Shown one piece after another: positions 26,861 to 38,203 of a stretch of 55,754 nt of DNA (within the stretch, counting starts at the first letter, position 1; every line of letters begins with the position of its first letter). The stretch covers positions 1-55,754 of the forward strand of contig JBDRSD010000063.1 of the NCBI GenBank assembly GCA_043825215.1. The letters are read 5' to 3'. The position numbers and the translations under genes are program-made. The DNA is from Nanobdellota archaeon. Its GTDB lineage: Archaea > Nanobdellota > Nanobdellia > Woesearchaeales > JAHJEM01. The notes beneath the pieces were generated by a model. That model saw only the letters and a program-made list of their open reading frames with translations, ran no database searches and had not been told where the DNA came from.

Positions 26861-27126
26861 GCGGTGACACCAATGACAGAAACAGCAAAAGGTTTCTTGC
26901 ACAATGTTCCCAATTCCTCGTTCGCAATCTCAAGCTCCACCAGCTCAAAACCAGAAATGCCTTGCGCGCGAGACAAGTCTTTCTTCACATCTGCCTTGCA
27001 GTTCTTTGCAATAAAGACTTTCTTGATCTTTCCCATCAGCGCAGCTTTCATAGTCTCGCGCTCTCCGATGAGCATGTTCTTCGACCCTAAATTCTTCCTG
27101 ATCTCATCAATCGCTTTCATTTTCAT
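26857..27126 (-). CDS. rpl30e: 50S ribosomal protein eL30
   Basis: [24 protein letters not shown]. Confidence 0.93.
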   Translation of the reverse strand: MKMKAIDEIRKNLGSKNMLIGERETMKAALMGKIKKVFIAKNCKADVKKDLSRAQGISGFELVELEIANEELGTLCKKPFAVSVIGVTA

Positions 27127-28250
27127 TTCCTTTTTGTGACAAGCTGGGGAAGCCCTGTTCCTGTCGGGATCGGCTGGTTGATCATCACATTCTCAATAAC
27201 GCTGTTCAGGTAGTCCACTTCTCCAGTCAAACCTGCATTTATGATGTTTTTTATCGGCGTCTCAAACGAGGCGCGCGCAAGGACGCTTGGCTTCTCCTTG
27301 ACAATGCCATACCTGTTGATGCCAAGGACCTTGCCTGACATGCACATGGTGTCTGCGACAAGCATGATATGCCTGATGTCGATCTCAATTCCCTGAGGGC
27401 GGGTGACCTTCAATATCTCGTTGATGATCGCATGGCGGGCAGCCTCGATACCGTACATCTTCTCGATCTCGAAGATGTCATTGGTCATCGTGTGCTCCAT
27501 GTCCACAAAGTCGAGCTTTGCGACCTCCTTCAGGTTGGATCCTGCAGTCATGATGATGAACTCATCATCCCTTTTCACAGGCAGGACCTGGGTGATCCCT
27601 TTTATCCCGGAAATGTACACGTCCTTCACCTTCTCCTTCAGGCGGTAGAGGGCGTTTAGGTTCTCTTCCTTAGCTTTTCCCTTGACGATGATCTTATTGT
27701 CCTTATCCACGCGGAATGAGAATCCCTTCACAGACTTGTCGAGTATCTTCGCAAGCTTTGCGGCAGTCTCAGAAATGTTATCATTAAGCTTGATCACCAT
27801 GGTCAGGTCAAGCATGTCAATATCAATCACATCGATGAACTCCACGAATTTGGTCTCCTTGATTGCCTTCGCGATCTCCTTTATGTCCTTGCCCTTGTTA
27901 TGTGGGCTCTTCAGGCGGATCTCCATCATCTTGGTAGAAATCTCCTTTCTGCCGTCAAGGATTTCGATCAGGCGCGGAAGGCCTGTTGTGACGTTCATCT
28001 CGGAAACGCCTGCAAAGTGGAACGTGTTCAATGTCATCTGGGTGCCTGGCTCTCCAATAGACTCAGCGCTGATTATCCCGACACTCTCTCCAGGCTCAGC
28101 CAAAGACTGGCGGTATTCCCTATGCACTTCCTCAAGGATCTTCTTGACCTTTGTCTTTGCCAACCCCTCTGTATGCTTTCTCACATCATCCACAATGGAC
28201 AGGGGGAGCAGTTCCTCGTACTCATCAAATATGTCGTTTGCCATTTTCAT
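27123..28250 (-). CDS. rpoA2: RNA polymerase subunit A''
   Basis: [25 protein letters not shown]. Confidence 0.98.
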   Translation of the reverse strand: MKMANDIFDEYEELLPLSIVDDVRKHTEGLAKTKVKKILEEVHREYRQSLAEPGESVGIISAESIGEPGTQMTLNTFHFAGVSEMNVTTGLPRLIEILDGRKEISTKMMEIRLKSPHNKGKDIKEIAKAIKETKFVEFIDVIDIDMLDLTMVIKLNDNISETAAKLAKILDKSVKGFSFRVDKDNKIIVKGKAKEENLNALYRLKEKVKDVYISGIKGITQVLPVKRDDEFIIMTAGSNLKEVAKLDFVDMEHTMTNDIFEIEKMYGIEAARHAIINEILKVTRPQGIEIDIRHIMLVADTMCMSGKVLGINRYGIVKEKPSVLARASFETPIKNIINAGLTGEVDYLNSVIENVMINQPIPTGTGLPQLVTKRK

Positions 28251-30844
28251 TCCATGGAATGCACAATTTTTCTTACATTGATCTTTCCTGCCTCGCTCTT
28301 CGAGACATCAATAGAATCCTCACCATACTGGAATTGCACGATCCGTCCTGACGCATCCCTGACCGTGAAGTCGTACTCGACCTTCAGGTCCTGCAGGGCA
28401 TTCGCAAGCCTCCTGTACAAGTATCCTGACTTTGGTGTGCGAAGCGCAGTATCCATAAGAGAGTCCCGTCCAGTCATTGCCATGAAGAACTGCTCATGCG
28501 GGCGAAGCCCGTCCTTAAAGCCGTTCCTGATGAATCCGCGGGCAGCAGGCCCGAGATCAAACTTCTTGAAACAGGAAAGTGAACGGTCCTTATAGCCGGT
28601 TGTGATGCGATGGCCGCGAAGCGCCTGCTGGCCAACGCACGCAGACATCTGCGCAAGATTGATCAGATTGCCTTTCGCTCCGGCAAGCACCATCTTCAGG
28701 ATATCCGCATTCGGATCCGCCTTTGCAGAGACAATCCTGCCCACATCATCCCTTGCCCGGTTCAGCCGCTCAAGGATGCGAAGCTCCAAGGTCTCGTCAA
28801 TCGTTCTCCCAGGCATGGCGTCCAAGGTCTGATCCTGGAAGCTATTGATAAAGGACTGTACTTCCTCGTATGCCTCAGTGAGGATGTTTTGGATCTCTGT
28901 CTTCGTCTCATCCTTCAGATCAATATCAGAGATTGCGACAGAGAACCCGTGCCTGAAGAGGACCTCTATGCCCAGGCGATAGATTTTCCCAAGGATGTCA
29001 ACCATCTGCTCCTGCCCATACTTCTTATGCAGGTTACGGAGCAGCAGGCCTGACCCCTCGCCAAGATTGTTCTTGTCCATGATGCCTGAGATGAGCTTTC
29101 CGTTCTTGATCTCGACAACAGCATCAGGATGATCAGGCTGGCTCTTATACAGGCGAGAGAGCCCCTTGAAATTGAAATCGTTCGGCAAAACCGAAGAGAA
29201 GATGTCCTTTCCCGTGACCTCTCCCTTATTCGAGAGCTTTGAGAACTCATCGATCCCAATCGCTGCAAGCATGTCAACCGCTTCTTCGCGCTTGACCTTA
29301 AAACTTTGTTGAGTAAGAATATAATTTCCAGAGATTGCATCCTGGTTACAACCGATAATCGATAAGCCATACCTTGGGCTGATGAGCTGTGTCTGGACTT
29401 CCATCAAGATCTCTGCCTCAGCACGAGCCTCTTCAGTCTGCGGAACGTGCAGATTCATCTCATCACCATCAAAGTCTGCATTGTAAGGTGCGCAAACCGC
29501 AGGATTCAACCTAAATGTAAGCCCTGGAAGGACTCTTACCTTATGGCACATCATGCTCATCCTGTGCAAGGACGGCTGACGATTGAACAGAGTGACATCG
29601 CCATCCATAAGATGTCGCTCGACCAGGAAACCAGGTTGCAATTCCTCAAGAAGTTGCTCCTTTGTCTCGTCTGTTATCTTCTTCCTTTTCCCATCCGGGC
29701 GGATGATATAATTAGAGCCAGGATACTGGTGTGGGCCTTTCTCGATAAACTTCTTCAGGTACTCCTTGTTCCACTCAGTCACCCGCTCAGGGACAGTGAG
29801 CTTCATCGCAATCACAAAAGGAACGCCGACCTCATTGATCTGCAATTTCGGGTCAGGGGAGATGACGGTCCTCGCAGAGAAGTTTGTCCTCTTACCCGCA
29901 AGATTATGCCTGATCCTTCCTTCCTTTGACTTGATCCTCGCAGTGAGCGTCTTCAAGGGCTGGCCACCCCTATGACGGGCAGGAGGAAGCTGGGCAACCT
30001 CATTATCAAAAAATGTCGTGATATGATACTGGAGCAGGTCCCAGAGATCCTCGATTATTATCTCTGGAGCGCCAGCGTTGATATTCTCAAACAAGCGATG
30101 ATTGATCCTGACAATATCCCCGAGCTTATGCGTTAAGTCATCCTCGCTCCTCTCACCAGATTCAAGCGTGATCGACGGGCGCATCGTCACCGGAGGGATT
30201 GCCAATACCGTCAGGATCATCCATTCCGGCCTGATAGACTTCGGATTGATGCCGAAAAGCTCAAGATCCGCATCCATGACCTTCTCAAGGCGGGTCCGAA
30301 TCTCAATAGGTGAGACCCGCTTCTCATTCTCAATGACAGTCGAAGGCTTCTCAAGGCTTATCTTAAACTGCTTTGCATTGCAATACGGGCACTTCCCTTG
30401 TGTCTTCAACGCCGCGATGATCTCTTTAATGAGCTTTCTCGTATGGGTGAATCCGCCAGTCTCGGCAACCTCGGCAAGCTGGGCCTTGTACTTGTCAATC
30501 CTGTTCTTCGGGATAAGGATCTTTGAGCACTCCCTGCACGTTGATCGCAAGAGGTCCATGATGACACCCATGAAACTGATGTGGATGATTGGCCTTGCAA
30601 GCTCGATATAACCGAAATGACCAGGGCACTCCTTCAGCTTATTCCCGCAGGTCTTGCACTTCAGGCCCGGATCGATGACACCCAGGCGGATATCCATGAG
30701 ACCCCCATCGACAGGATACCCCTCCTTATCATACAGTTCAGGAGTCACGACCTTTGCCGCAGCCATATCCTTGATGAACTTCGGGCTCATGATGCCAAAT
30801 TCAATCCGTGCAATCTTTTTTTGTGAAGGAATTTCCATAGTCAA
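28247..30844 (-). CDS. rpoA1: RNA polymerase subunit A'
   Basis: catalytic [21 protein letters not shown]. Confidence 0.99.
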   Translation of the reverse strand: MTMEIPSQKKIARIEFGIMSPKFIKDMAAAKVVTPELYDKEGYPVDGGLMDIRLGVIDPGLKCKTCGNKLKECPGHFGYIELARPIIHISFMGVIMDLLRSTCRECSKILIPKNRIDKYKAQLAEVAETGGFTHTRKLIKEIIAALKTQGKCPYCNAKQFKISLEKPSTVIENEKRVSPIEIRTRLEKVMDADLELFGINPKSIRPEWMILTVLAIPPVTMRPSITLESGERSEDDLTHKLGDIVRINHRLFENINAGAPEIIIEDLWDLLQYHITTFFDNEVAQLPPARHRGGQPLKTLTARIKSKEGRIRHNLAGKRTNFSARTVISPDPKLQINEVGVPFVIAMKLTVPERVTEWNKEYLKKFIEKGPHQYPGSNYIIRPDGKRKKITDETKEQLLEELQPGFLVERHLMDGDVTLFNRQPSLHRMSMMCHKVRVLPGLTFRLNPAVCAPYNADFDGDEMNLHVPQTEEARAEAEILMEVQTQLISPRYGLSIIGCNQDAISGNYILTQQSFKVKREEAVDMLAAIGIDEFSKLSNKGEVTGKDIFSSVLPNDFNFKGLSRLYKSQPDHPDAVVEIKNGKLISGIMDKNNLGEGSGLLLRNLHKKYGQEQMVDILGKIYRLGIEVLFRHGFSVAISDIDLKDETKTEIQNILTEAYEEVQSFINSFQDQTLDAMPGRTIDETLELRILERLNRARDDVGRIVSAKADPNADILKMVLAGAKGNLINLAQMSACVGQQALRGHRITTGYKDRSLSCFKKFDLGPAARGFIRNGFKDGLRPHEQFFMAMTGRDSLMDTALRTPKSGYLYRRLANALQDLKVEYDFTVRDASGRIVQFQYGEDSIDVSKSEAGKINVRKIVHSME

Positions 30845-30850
30845 TATTCA

Positions 30851-32653
30851 TTAAAATTTTCTTTCGAGCTTCAATTTCGGATACACAGTCATGGACATGA
30901 GCTCGTCCAAGAGGAGCTTGAACGCGTACGACATCTCCACATTCGAGACCTCATCATTCTCGAACTGGATTGGCCCGACGCTCTTGTTCTTTCTTGAATC
31001 ATGATAGCCCATAAGACCATACTCCTCGCTTATCGGGATGATGACCTTGTCTGAGTCAAAGCGCTCCTTTAAGAGGAGACTTGCGCCATGCGCGACAAAC
31101 GTGTCCTTCTCCATCTCTCCAAGGCGGAGGCCTCCCTCTTTTGCCCGGCCTTCGGTCGGCTGTCTTGTCAGGAGTTGGATGGGGCCGCGCGCGCGAGAAT
31201 GCACCTTGTTCGCGACCATGTGCTTGAGCTTTAAGTAATAGATGCTTCCCACAAAGATCCTTGCAGGATACACGTCACCCGTCGTCCCGTTGTACATGAG
31301 CTCAGTCCCATTCTCACGGAAACCCAGTGAGAGAAGCTCATTTCTGATATCTGCCTCAGACTCGCTCTCATAGATGGTTCCGTTGATTGGCCTGCCAGAG
31401 AGGGCGCCAGTCTTTCCAGCAATGATCTCGATCAGATGCGCAACCGTCATCCTCGACGGAATGCCATGGGGGCCGAACATGATATCAGGCTTGATGCCTG
31501 AAGCAGTAATGGGCACGTCCGCTTCAGGAACGACAAGGGAGATGACCCCTTTCTGGCCGTGACGGGAGGTGAACTTATCCCCGATCTCCGGGATCCGAAG
31601 GTCCCGAAGCCTCACCTGGATGAGCTTATTGCCCTCATCGTTCTCTGTGATGAGCACAAAGTCAGCAATGCCCTTTTCACCATGCTTCAGGCTCATGGAA
31701 GACTCGCGCCTGCTGCTCGAAGCCAGATTATACTCGTCAAGGCTTGAAAGGAAACGGGGAGGAGACGTCTTTCCGATGATCACGTCCCCCTCAGCGACCT
31801 GCGCTTCCGGGAATATGATACCATCCTCCTCGAGGAAGCGGTAATCATGCTCAGAGCGGTAGCCCTTGACATCCTTGTCAGGAATCGCAACCTCATCGAT
31901 GAGGCCGCCAGAATACCGAAGCTCCTCGCTTATGACCGGGCGATAATACGTGCTTCTCGCAAGCCCCCGGTCAATGCTTCCCTTGTTGATGACAATCGCA
32001 TCCTCCATATTATATCCCTGGTAGGACATGACCGCAATCGTCACATTCATCCCGGACGGGTGTTTGCTATACTCGAGCACCTCATCCATCAACGTCCCAA
32101 CGATGGGAACCTGGGGATAGTGCAAAAGGTTCACATCCATGTCCATGCGATTGAAATAATTTGCAGTGTAAAAGCCGATCGCCTGCTTCTGGTTCTTCGA
32201 CCCTTGGGTCAGGCGGACTCCATGATCATAATTCCCGAAAGGGACAAGAGACGTCGTGATGCCGACAATGCCAAGCGGCATGATCTCCAGATGCGTATGC
32301 TCTGGCGTTAAGTCATCCTCAAAAAAAGAAACGTACGCGTTCTCCTCTTCTGCAGAATCAAGATACTCGATCACACCCTGCTTGATGAGGTCACTCCAGG
32401 AGAGCTCCTTTTTCTGCAGCTGCTCAATGTGGCGCTCAGTCAAAAGCGGCTTTCCATCCTTCACCACGATAAGGGGCCGTATGCACCTGCCTTTGCAGAC
32501 CTCGACAAATACCTTATCATTCCCATCATCATAAAACACATTCAAAGTCGGCGGAAGCTTGTTCATGCGCCTTGCCGAGACGATGCCTTCAGCAAAATCC
32601 CTGCCTGACTTCACGCTTCCGACAAACTGGTTATCAAGATAGACTTCGGTCAT
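30851..32653 (-). CDS. rpoB1: RNA polymerase subunit B'
   Basis: GDKFTSRHGQKG, GGLRLGEME. Confidence 0.98.
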   Translation of the reverse strand: MTEVYLDNQFVGSVKSGRDFAEGIVSARRMNKLPPTLNVFYDDGNDKVFVEVCKGRCIRPLIVVKDGKPLLTERHIEQLQKKELSWSDLIKQGVIEYLDSAEEENAYVSFFEDDLTPEHTHLEIMPLGIVGITTSLVPFGNYDHGVRLTQGSKNQKQAIGFYTANYFNRMDMDVNLLHYPQVPIVGTLMDEVLEYSKHPSGMNVTIAVMSYQGYNMEDAIVINKGSIDRGLARSTYYRPVISEELRYSGGLIDEVAIPDKDVKGYRSEHDYRFLEEDGIIFPEAQVAEGDVIIGKTSPPRFLSSLDEYNLASSSRRESSMSLKHGEKGIADFVLITENDEGNKLIQVRLRDLRIPEIGDKFTSRHGQKGVISLVVPEADVPITASGIKPDIMFGPHGIPSRMTVAHLIEIIAGKTGALSGRPINGTIYESESEADIRNELLSLGFRENGTELMYNGTTGDVYPARIFVGSIYYLKLKHMVANKVHSRARGPIQLLTRQPTEGRAKEGGLRLGEMEKDTFVAHGASLLLKERFDSDKVIIPISEEYGLMGYHDSRKNKSVGPIQFENDEVSNVEMSYAFKLLLDELMSMTVYPKLKLERKF

Positions 32654-32657
32654 AGTA

Positions 32658-34139
32658 TCACTTCATTGGCTCAAGGCCGAATTTTTTTAGTTGTTGGATC
32701 ACTTCTTTATCATCAAGGCCTGGCGTAACACTTGCGAGAAGCGCAAAGTTCTTCCTCAGGCCGATGTTTGTCCCTTCAGGAGTCTCATTCGGGCAAAGCC
32801 GTCCCAGATGCGTCGGGTGAAGGGCTCTCGCCTCAAAATTCTCCTGCGTGGTTGAAAGGGGAGATATCACGCGCTGCAGGTGCGACTCTGTCTGCAGGAA
32901 ATTCAACCGCTCAATCCTCTGGGAGATTCCCTTCCTCCCGCCCACCCAGGTGCCTGTAGCCATGCTCGAATAGATCCTCTGGGTCAGAAGCTTTTCCCTG
33001 ATGATGACCTTCAGGCTCGGGAATTTTCCACGCTTTACGATGCGCTGGAAATTATACAGGAGATCGCCAATAAGGACTTTCAGGTTCACCCGGAAGAGAT
33101 CCGCAAGAAGGTCTCCTGGCATCTTCAGGCGCTTGTTATTGTAATGATCCTTATCATCCTTCACTTTACCCGACTTGACAAAGACGATGAACTGCTTCAA
33201 AAGCTTGCACAAATTGTAGGCCTTGTAGATGCGATCCTGCTTTGTCGTTCCCAGATGCGGCAGGAGATACTTGTCCAAGATATCATGCATGCGCTCAAGC
33301 CTGATCTCCTTGGACTGGGTGATTCCCACCTTCTTGGCAATGAAGTCGAGCGCGTCCTCCTCATTCTTCAGGTCCATGAACTCGTACAGGTTCAAGTACA
33401 CGCTTGCCTCGTCAGACAGGCTGATGAACTTCATGATCTCCTCATCCTTCACAAGACCGAGGGCCTTTATGACTGGAATGCAGGGAATGCGCTTCACGCG
33501 CGTGAACGTGATATTGAAGATGCCATCCTTCATCTTCTCGATGATATGAGGAATCTTATACGATCCCTTCTCAGAAAATAACTTTCCAGAATACTCAGAC
33601 ACTTCGAGCGGGGTCTTTTCCACCATCATCTTATTCGACGCGAGGTCCTCGATCGTGATCACGCACTTCTCAGTCCCGTTGATGATGAAATACCCGCCAG
33701 GATCATCAGGATCCTCGCCATGCCTGATGAGCTCTTCGCGGGAAAGCCCGTGGAGATGGCAAAACTTTGACTTGAGCATGATTGGGATGTTTGCGATCTG
33801 CGTCTTGAAAGACTCGCGCTGCACGCCATTTATGATGGAGGAAATCTCGATAAAGACAGGAGCAGAATACGAAAGCTTGCGAAGCCTTGCCTCAACAGGA
33901 AAGATTGCCCGCTTCGACCCGTCAGCCTCGATGATCTCGGGCTTTGTCACCCAGATCTTATCCAGGCGGATCTTGAACTCCTCGACATTTGGCGGGATGA
34001 TCGTCGGCTCGATCTCTTTATTCTCCTCGATTATTGCCTGGAGCTCGTTCTCGATGAAATTATTGAATGAGTCGATGCCTGCCTTCACGATAGAATTCTC
34101 CTCAAAATACTTCTGCATGAGAATCCTTCGCTGCATCAT
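32658..34139 (-). CDS. rpoB2: RNA polymerase subunit B''
   Basis: DPGGYFIINGTEK, ETPEGTNIGL. Confidence 0.98.
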   Translation of the reverse strand: MMQRRILMQKYFEENSIVKAGIDSFNNFIENELQAIIEENKEIEPTIIPPNVEEFKIRLDKIWVTKPEIIEADGSKRAIFPVEARLRKLSYSAPVFIEISSIINGVQRESFKTQIANIPIMLKSKFCHLHGLSREELIRHGEDPDDPGGYFIINGTEKCVITIEDLASNKMMVEKTPLEVSEYSGKLFSEKGSYKIPHIIEKMKDGIFNITFTRVKRIPCIPVIKALGLVKDEEIMKFISLSDEASVYLNLYEFMDLKNEEDALDFIAKKVGITQSKEIRLERMHDILDKYLLPHLGTTKQDRIYKAYNLCKLLKQFIVFVKSGKVKDDKDHYNNKRLKMPGDLLADLFRVNLKVLIGDLLYNFQRIVKRGKFPSLKVIIREKLLTQRIYSSMATGTWVGGRKGISQRIERLNFLQTESHLQRVISPLSTTQENFEARALHPTHLGRLCPNETPEGTNIGLRKNFALLASVTPGLDDKEVIQQLKKFGLEPMK

Positions 34140-34366
34140 ACCACACCCCGATAGAACACCGTCATCTTTGCAGTGATGCTCGGTCTCTTGATCCTGACCA
34201 CATCGCCAGGCTTGACCTCAAGATGGGAAATCGCAGGATCAGCCTTGTATATCTTGGGAAGCTGATGGAACGTGATGTTATACGACTCAAAAAGCTCTTT
34301 TTTGTCCTTCTCAGAGAGCTTCGCATGCTCAGGTATCAATTGATGGGTGACGGAGGGTTTTGCCAT
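34136..34366 (-). CDS. rpoH: RNA polymerase subunit H (Rpo5)
   Basis: HQLIPEH..QLPKI..DP..PGDVVRIKR.S.TA..YR.VV. Confidence 0.97.
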   Translation of the reverse strand: MAKPSVTHQLIPEHAKLSEKDKKELFESYNITFHQLPKIYKADPAISHLEVKPGDVVRIKRPSITAKMTVFYRGVV

Positions 34367-34380
34367 TTTTTTGATTATGA

Positions 34381-34496
34381 TGAGCCGGACGGGACAATCG
34401 GCAGCATACCGCTGTTTTCGAACCCGCGACCACTCGATTAAAAGTCGAGTGCTCTAGTGCCTCGCATTTCTAGCGTCCAGGCTGAGCTACCGGCCC
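34381..34496 (-). tRNA. tRNA-Lys(TTT), two non-canonical introns: D-loop 20 nt (34457-34476) and 59/60 22 nt (34395-34416)
   Basis: spliced product parallels tRNA-Lys(CTT); BHB helix GCCT/AGGC in the D-loop intron. Confidence 0.92.
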
Positions 34497-34505
34497 AAAG
34501 GGGTA

Positions 34506-34685
34506 CGCCCTGGCCGGGACTTTCAGTCAGGGACCCGAACGCAGCTAATGGTTGCTTGCCGGTCGCTGATTTTGAACCCGGGTCGAAGCCTTATTGTGAC
34601 GAAAAGGCCAATGACCTCCCCTGTCTCGACAGGGCTTCATGATAGTTTCCGTTGCATATGCAATGCCGAACTACACTACCAGGGC
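34506..34685 (-). tRNA. tRNA-Asp(GTC), three introns: D-loop 19 nt (34646-34664), 37/38 35 nt (34592-34626), 59/60 51 nt (34520-34570)
   Basis: GCCCTGG/CCAGGGC acceptor, AAGCC/GGCTT anticodon stem; BHB helices TTCG/CGGA and TTCA/TGAA. Confidence 0.92.
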
Positions 34686-34989
34686 ATGAGCGTGAAAGGT
34701 ATAATAGGAGCGGATTTTTTTCTTTGTCAGAAAATGTTGTCATGTGCAATCCAGCCCCCTGTCGTCTATCCATGTGCGCAATAGACCAAGAAAATGCAGC
34801 CCCTTTATAAACCTTACGGTTCCATTCCTCTATGTCCTAATCAAAACCCCTCCAAACATAAAAACAATATATCCCTATATTTTAAAGTTTAAAAATATTG
34901 TGGCACAAAAATAGGATGGTTGGAAAATATGGCCTGGAAAAACGATACTGGAAAGCGGACCTGCAATCAGGCAAAGAACCACATTAATT

Positions 34990-35227
34990 GAAGAAGAACG
35001 AATTGAAGAAGTGCGAAGAGAACAAGGGAGGGAAGAGAACAAGTGAGGATGAGAACAGGGGAGGAAGAGAATGAAAGAGGAAGGGCAGAAGGTGTAAAGA
35101 GAATGAAAGAGGAAGAGAACAGAGGAGGAAGAGAACAAGGGAGGAAAGAGAACAAGGGAGGAAAGAGAACAAGTGAGGATGAGAAGGAGAACGAAGAGAA
35201 AGAGGGAGGAAGAGAACAGGGGGGGAA
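34990..35227 (+). repeat. purine-rich degenerate tandem repeat
   Basis: recurrent gaagagaacaagggag / gagaatgaaagaggaag units; almost no pyrimidines on the + strand. Confidence 0.85.
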
Positions 35228-35449
35228 CTTGTTTCAAGAACACCAGTTGCCCAGTTGGGCAATATCATCTGCGCATCGCCCAGATAAAACCAAGACGAAA
35301 GTCTTGGCATATGCCGGGCAATGCCCGACTTGATTTCCGGCAAAGGCGGAAAAGTCATTCTTGAAAGAAAAGACGAAGAACTCCATAAAAATTAAATTGT
35401 AGAATCTTTGCAAAAGATATGTACAGATCAAATCCCACGAAAAGAAAAC

Positions 35450-35548
35450 TCCCCTCGCCCAGATTTGAACCGGACATAACGTGACTGCGGTCACGATGCC
35501 CAGTTCAAATCATTTGTTGGAATATTGATTTCTGACGAGAAATAAATA
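35450..35548 (-). mobile_element. 99-bp tRNA 3' mini-element, family A (Tyr copy)
   Basis: 24-bp tcccctcgcccagatttgaaccgg at 35450 and 35549 (period 99); homologous to the element after tRNA-Ser. Confidence 0.8.
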
Positions 35549-35702
35549 TCCCCTCGCCCAGATTTGAACCGGGAACCTTTCGGTGACGGCTGGTCGCATT
35601 TCATCCATGCCCGAAGGGCTCGTCATACGACGTCTACAGCCGAACGCTCTTTTTCGCCATACGAAAACCGATTCTCGCAAGGTACCGTTGAGCTACGAGG
35701 GG
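35549..35702 (-). tRNA. tRNA-Tyr(GTA), two introns: D-loop ~33 nt (35651-35683) and 37/38 49 nt (35585-35633)
   Basis: C1-G72 archaeal Tyr identity pair, TTCGG/CCGAA stem, CT-GTA-G|A loop; D-loop BHB is weak. Confidence 0.88.
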
Positions 35703-35746
35703 TTATTCCTCTGGAGAAGGTGGTTGTTTTTAAATATTTGGGAAAA

Positions 35747-36052
35747 TCATTTCTTCATTCTTCTCTTCTCAAGATAGCGCTCCTGGAGGCTCTTCAGGTC
35801 AGTCGGCCGGGGACTTTCTTTACCCTCAACTCCTTTCTCAGATTCTCGTTTATCCACAGACTTCTCTGATATCAATTCTGCGAGCATCTCCATGATCTCC
35901 TGCGTGCGCTTTTCCTTACGCGGCTTCTGGTTAAGCTCGTTCCTGATGAGAATCTCAATCTTCCTCGAGAAATTGAACCCGTGATCATGGCAGTGCTTCT
36001 TGAATTCCTGCCACGTCTCCTTGTCAAGAATCAACGATACTTTCTCCTTCAT
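35747..36052 (-). CDS. ribbon-helix-helix-like protein
   Basis: KEKVSLILDKETWQEFKKHC..FSRKIEILIR; TATA about 25 nt upstream. Confidence 0.65.
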   Translation of the reverse strand: MKEKVSLILDKETWQEFKKHCHDHGFNFSRKIEILIRNELNQKPRKEKRTQEIMEMLAELISEKSVDKRESEKGVEGKESPRPTDLKSLQERYLEKRRMKK

Positions 36053-36147
36053 GGAACTATAGCAACTCGATTGCAATTATAAATATTGTGCAAATCCGTA
36101 TCGTGCAAATGCATAACTTCTTAAATAAGTTGCAACCCGGCTAGTTC

Positions 36148-36810
36148 GTGATCGACTTCAAAAAAATACGATGCATCGTCTACGATCTTGATGGCACTGT
36201 CATAAACTCCATGGACCTCCATGAAGAAGGCTGGCGCATCGCAGCAGAGGCATTCTTCATACCCATCAACAAAAAGATACTCCGGGACCTTGCCGGACGA
36301 CCCATAAACGAAATCGCAGCCCAACTCCTCAAAACAAAAGACGAAGAACGCATCAATGCATTCGTCGCCCTCAATCACGAATACGTTCTCAAGCATACAG
36401 ACAGGATACATCTTTTCCCATCCTTTCAAGAGACATTTTTAGAGATCTCAAAAAAACACCCTGTCTGGGTCTGCACGTCCTCGACAAAAGATTTCGTCGA
36501 CAAGATCTTTCAGAACCTTGACGGACTGCATTCCCTTCGCAACAACTATGTCTACAGGGAAATGTATGCCAAGGGAAAACCGAACGCAGAACCGCTTCTC
36601 CTCACCTTCAAGAAAGCAGGAAACTTCTCACCCGAGAACTGTATCTACATCGGAGACGCATACACAGACTATTTGGCAGCGACTGCTGCAAAATGCGCGT
36701 TCATCTACTTTTCCCCAGACCCAACAAACGAAGACTCCCGCATTCCAAAGACAATAACAAGAATAAGAAACCACAAGGAATTACTCACGCTCCTTGATGG
36801 CGTGTCTTGA
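36148..36810 (+). CDS. HAD-family phosphatase
   Basis: YDLDGTV, CTSS, KPNAEP, IGDAYTD. Confidence 0.92.
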   Translation: MIDFKKIRCIVYDLDGTVINSMDLHEEGWRIAAEAFFIPINKKILRDLAGRPINEIAAQLLKTKDEERINAFVALNHEYVLKHTDRIHLFPSFQETFLEISKKHPVWVCTSSTKDFVDKIFQNLDGLHSLRNNYVYREMYAKGKPNAEPLLLTFKKAGNFSPENCIYIGDAYTDYLAATAAKCAFIYFSPDPTNEDSRIPKTITRIRNHKELLTLLDGVS

Positions 36811-38203
36811 TATCCACTTCATTCGAATAGGTCTTTCTCTCTGTTCCCTTTCCAGAATCAAACTTCACCTTTGCAGGACCAAGGCTGAGGCCGCCGACAA
36901 TCTTCAATTTCGACTTGATATTATAGGTGATGATCCTCTCTTCATACGGATCAAGCTGGTGCAGGTCATACCGCACAATGACCCCTTTCTTGGAATCATG
37001 GATTATCTTTGTCGGGCTCATCGTCCCCAGATTATCAGTCTTGACAAACTCGGCAATCGCAGGAATGCGATCAATGATCTTGATACTCCCGATCTTATTC
37101 GCTGTCCTGTTCTTAATGAGCAATTTTACCTTGATATCAGAAACACCCTCTTTTGAGGGATGCAAGTGCACATCCTTATAGCAGATGATTGGGCTTCTTA
37201 GGATGAAATAGAGCGCCACAATGACAATAATGACGAGAAGGATTATTATCGGAACGCGATAGTTCTCAACAACAGTCACGGTATAAGCCTCTTTTGGCAT
37301 AAGGCTGAATGACCAGGTAAGATCACCCTTGACCTTCGTCGCCTTTGGTTCAGTCGTGATGAAAAGGTTCCGGAAGAAATTTGAATTAACATTCTTCTCT
37401 ATCGTATCCGCATCATTTCCGTTATTGATAAAGGAATACGCTGTCGTCGTCTTGAAAAGCTCCTTTGTCACAGTCGGGATCTCTTCAGGGTTCGAATACC
37501 GCAAAATCTCAAAATTCTTCACTTCCTCAGCATAGCTCTTGTTCTCGAAGATGAGCTTTGCCGTTATCGCATAAATCCCTGGCTTCTGGAACGGGTCAAG
37601 GTCAAAGATGAGCTCGTTACCCTTCTCTTCCATGCCAAGGAGCGTTGTCGTATACGTCTTTTGGAAGAGACTGCTCTCGATAACGACCGCAACCTCATCA
37701 AGGTCGCGAGGGTTCCTGTTCCTCAGATTGATGTTGATTCGCAATTTTTCCCGAGGATCGATCTTGGGAGGAAAGGTGAGAGTCAGGCTCGGGTTCGGCG
37801 GATAGACCCCTTCAGGAAGATTAGAATCCTTAATATTGATAGGCAAGGAAACAGCATAAAGAGTGTCAGTCACAAGAGACTTCACCTTGACAGGAACAGC
37901 ATACGGGCCGATACCGACGACATCCTTTGGCGTGACTGTTATGATGAACGATTCAAAAGATCCCGCATCGATATTAAACGATTCTGGCTTTGGGTCGATC
38001 TGGATGATGAACCTGGCAGAATGCGAAAATACCTGGAAGCGGTCAACATAATCCGCATCATTAATGATTGATATCTGGTAGGTCGCCACCCCATCCTTGA
38101 AAATGCTCGTATTGAGCTGTGTGATCTTGAATTCTGTCGCAGAAGTCCCTACTAGGAGTATAGATAAGAACAGAAAGAGAATCCCGAACTGCCTGCATTT
38201 CAT
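36785..38203 (-). CDS. membrane-anchored surface protein with Ig-like domains
   Basis: signal peptide, beta-rich body, TM helix IIILLVIIVIVALYFIL. Confidence 0.75.
   Translation of the reverse strand: MKCRQFGILFLFLSILLVGTSATEFKITQLNTSIFKDGVATYQISIINDADYVDRFQVFSHSARFIIQIDPKPESFNIDAGSFESFIITVTPKDVVGIGPYAVPVKVKSLVTDTLYAVSLPINIKDSNLPEGVYPPNPSLTLTFPPKIDPREKLRININLRNRNPRDLDEVAVVIESSLFQKTYTTTLLGMEEKGNELIFDLDPFQKPGIYAITAKLIFENKSYAEEVKNFEILRYSNPEEIPTVTKELFKTTTAYSFINNGNDADTIEKNVNSNFFRNLFITTEPKATKVKGDLTWSFSLMPKEAYTVTVVENYRVPIIILLVIIVIVALYFILRSPIICYKDVHLHPSKEGVSDIKVKLLIKNRTANKIGSIKIIDRIPAIAEFVKTDNLGTMSPTKIIHDSKKGVIVRYDLHQLDPYEERIITYNIKSKLKIVGGLSLGPAKVKFDSGKGTERKTYSNEVDIKTRHQGA

Noticed and set aside
27123-34139. 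Inteins or introns in RNA polymerase genes, and long antisense ORFs
   Set aside because: Subunit lengths are normal with no intein motifs; antisense ORFs are shadows of strongly biased coding sequence
34381-34394. tRNA-Lys(TTT) as the target of the 4960 att repeat
   Set aside because: Two mismatches against a perfect match to tRNA-Lys(CTT), which also abuts the integrase
34990-35227. CRISPR array
   Set aside because: Units are degenerate and contiguous, with no unique spacers of constant length; no cas genes in the window
34875-35364. Several ORFs over the purine tract
   Set aside because: Low-complexity translations open in many frames only because the repeat lacks stop codons
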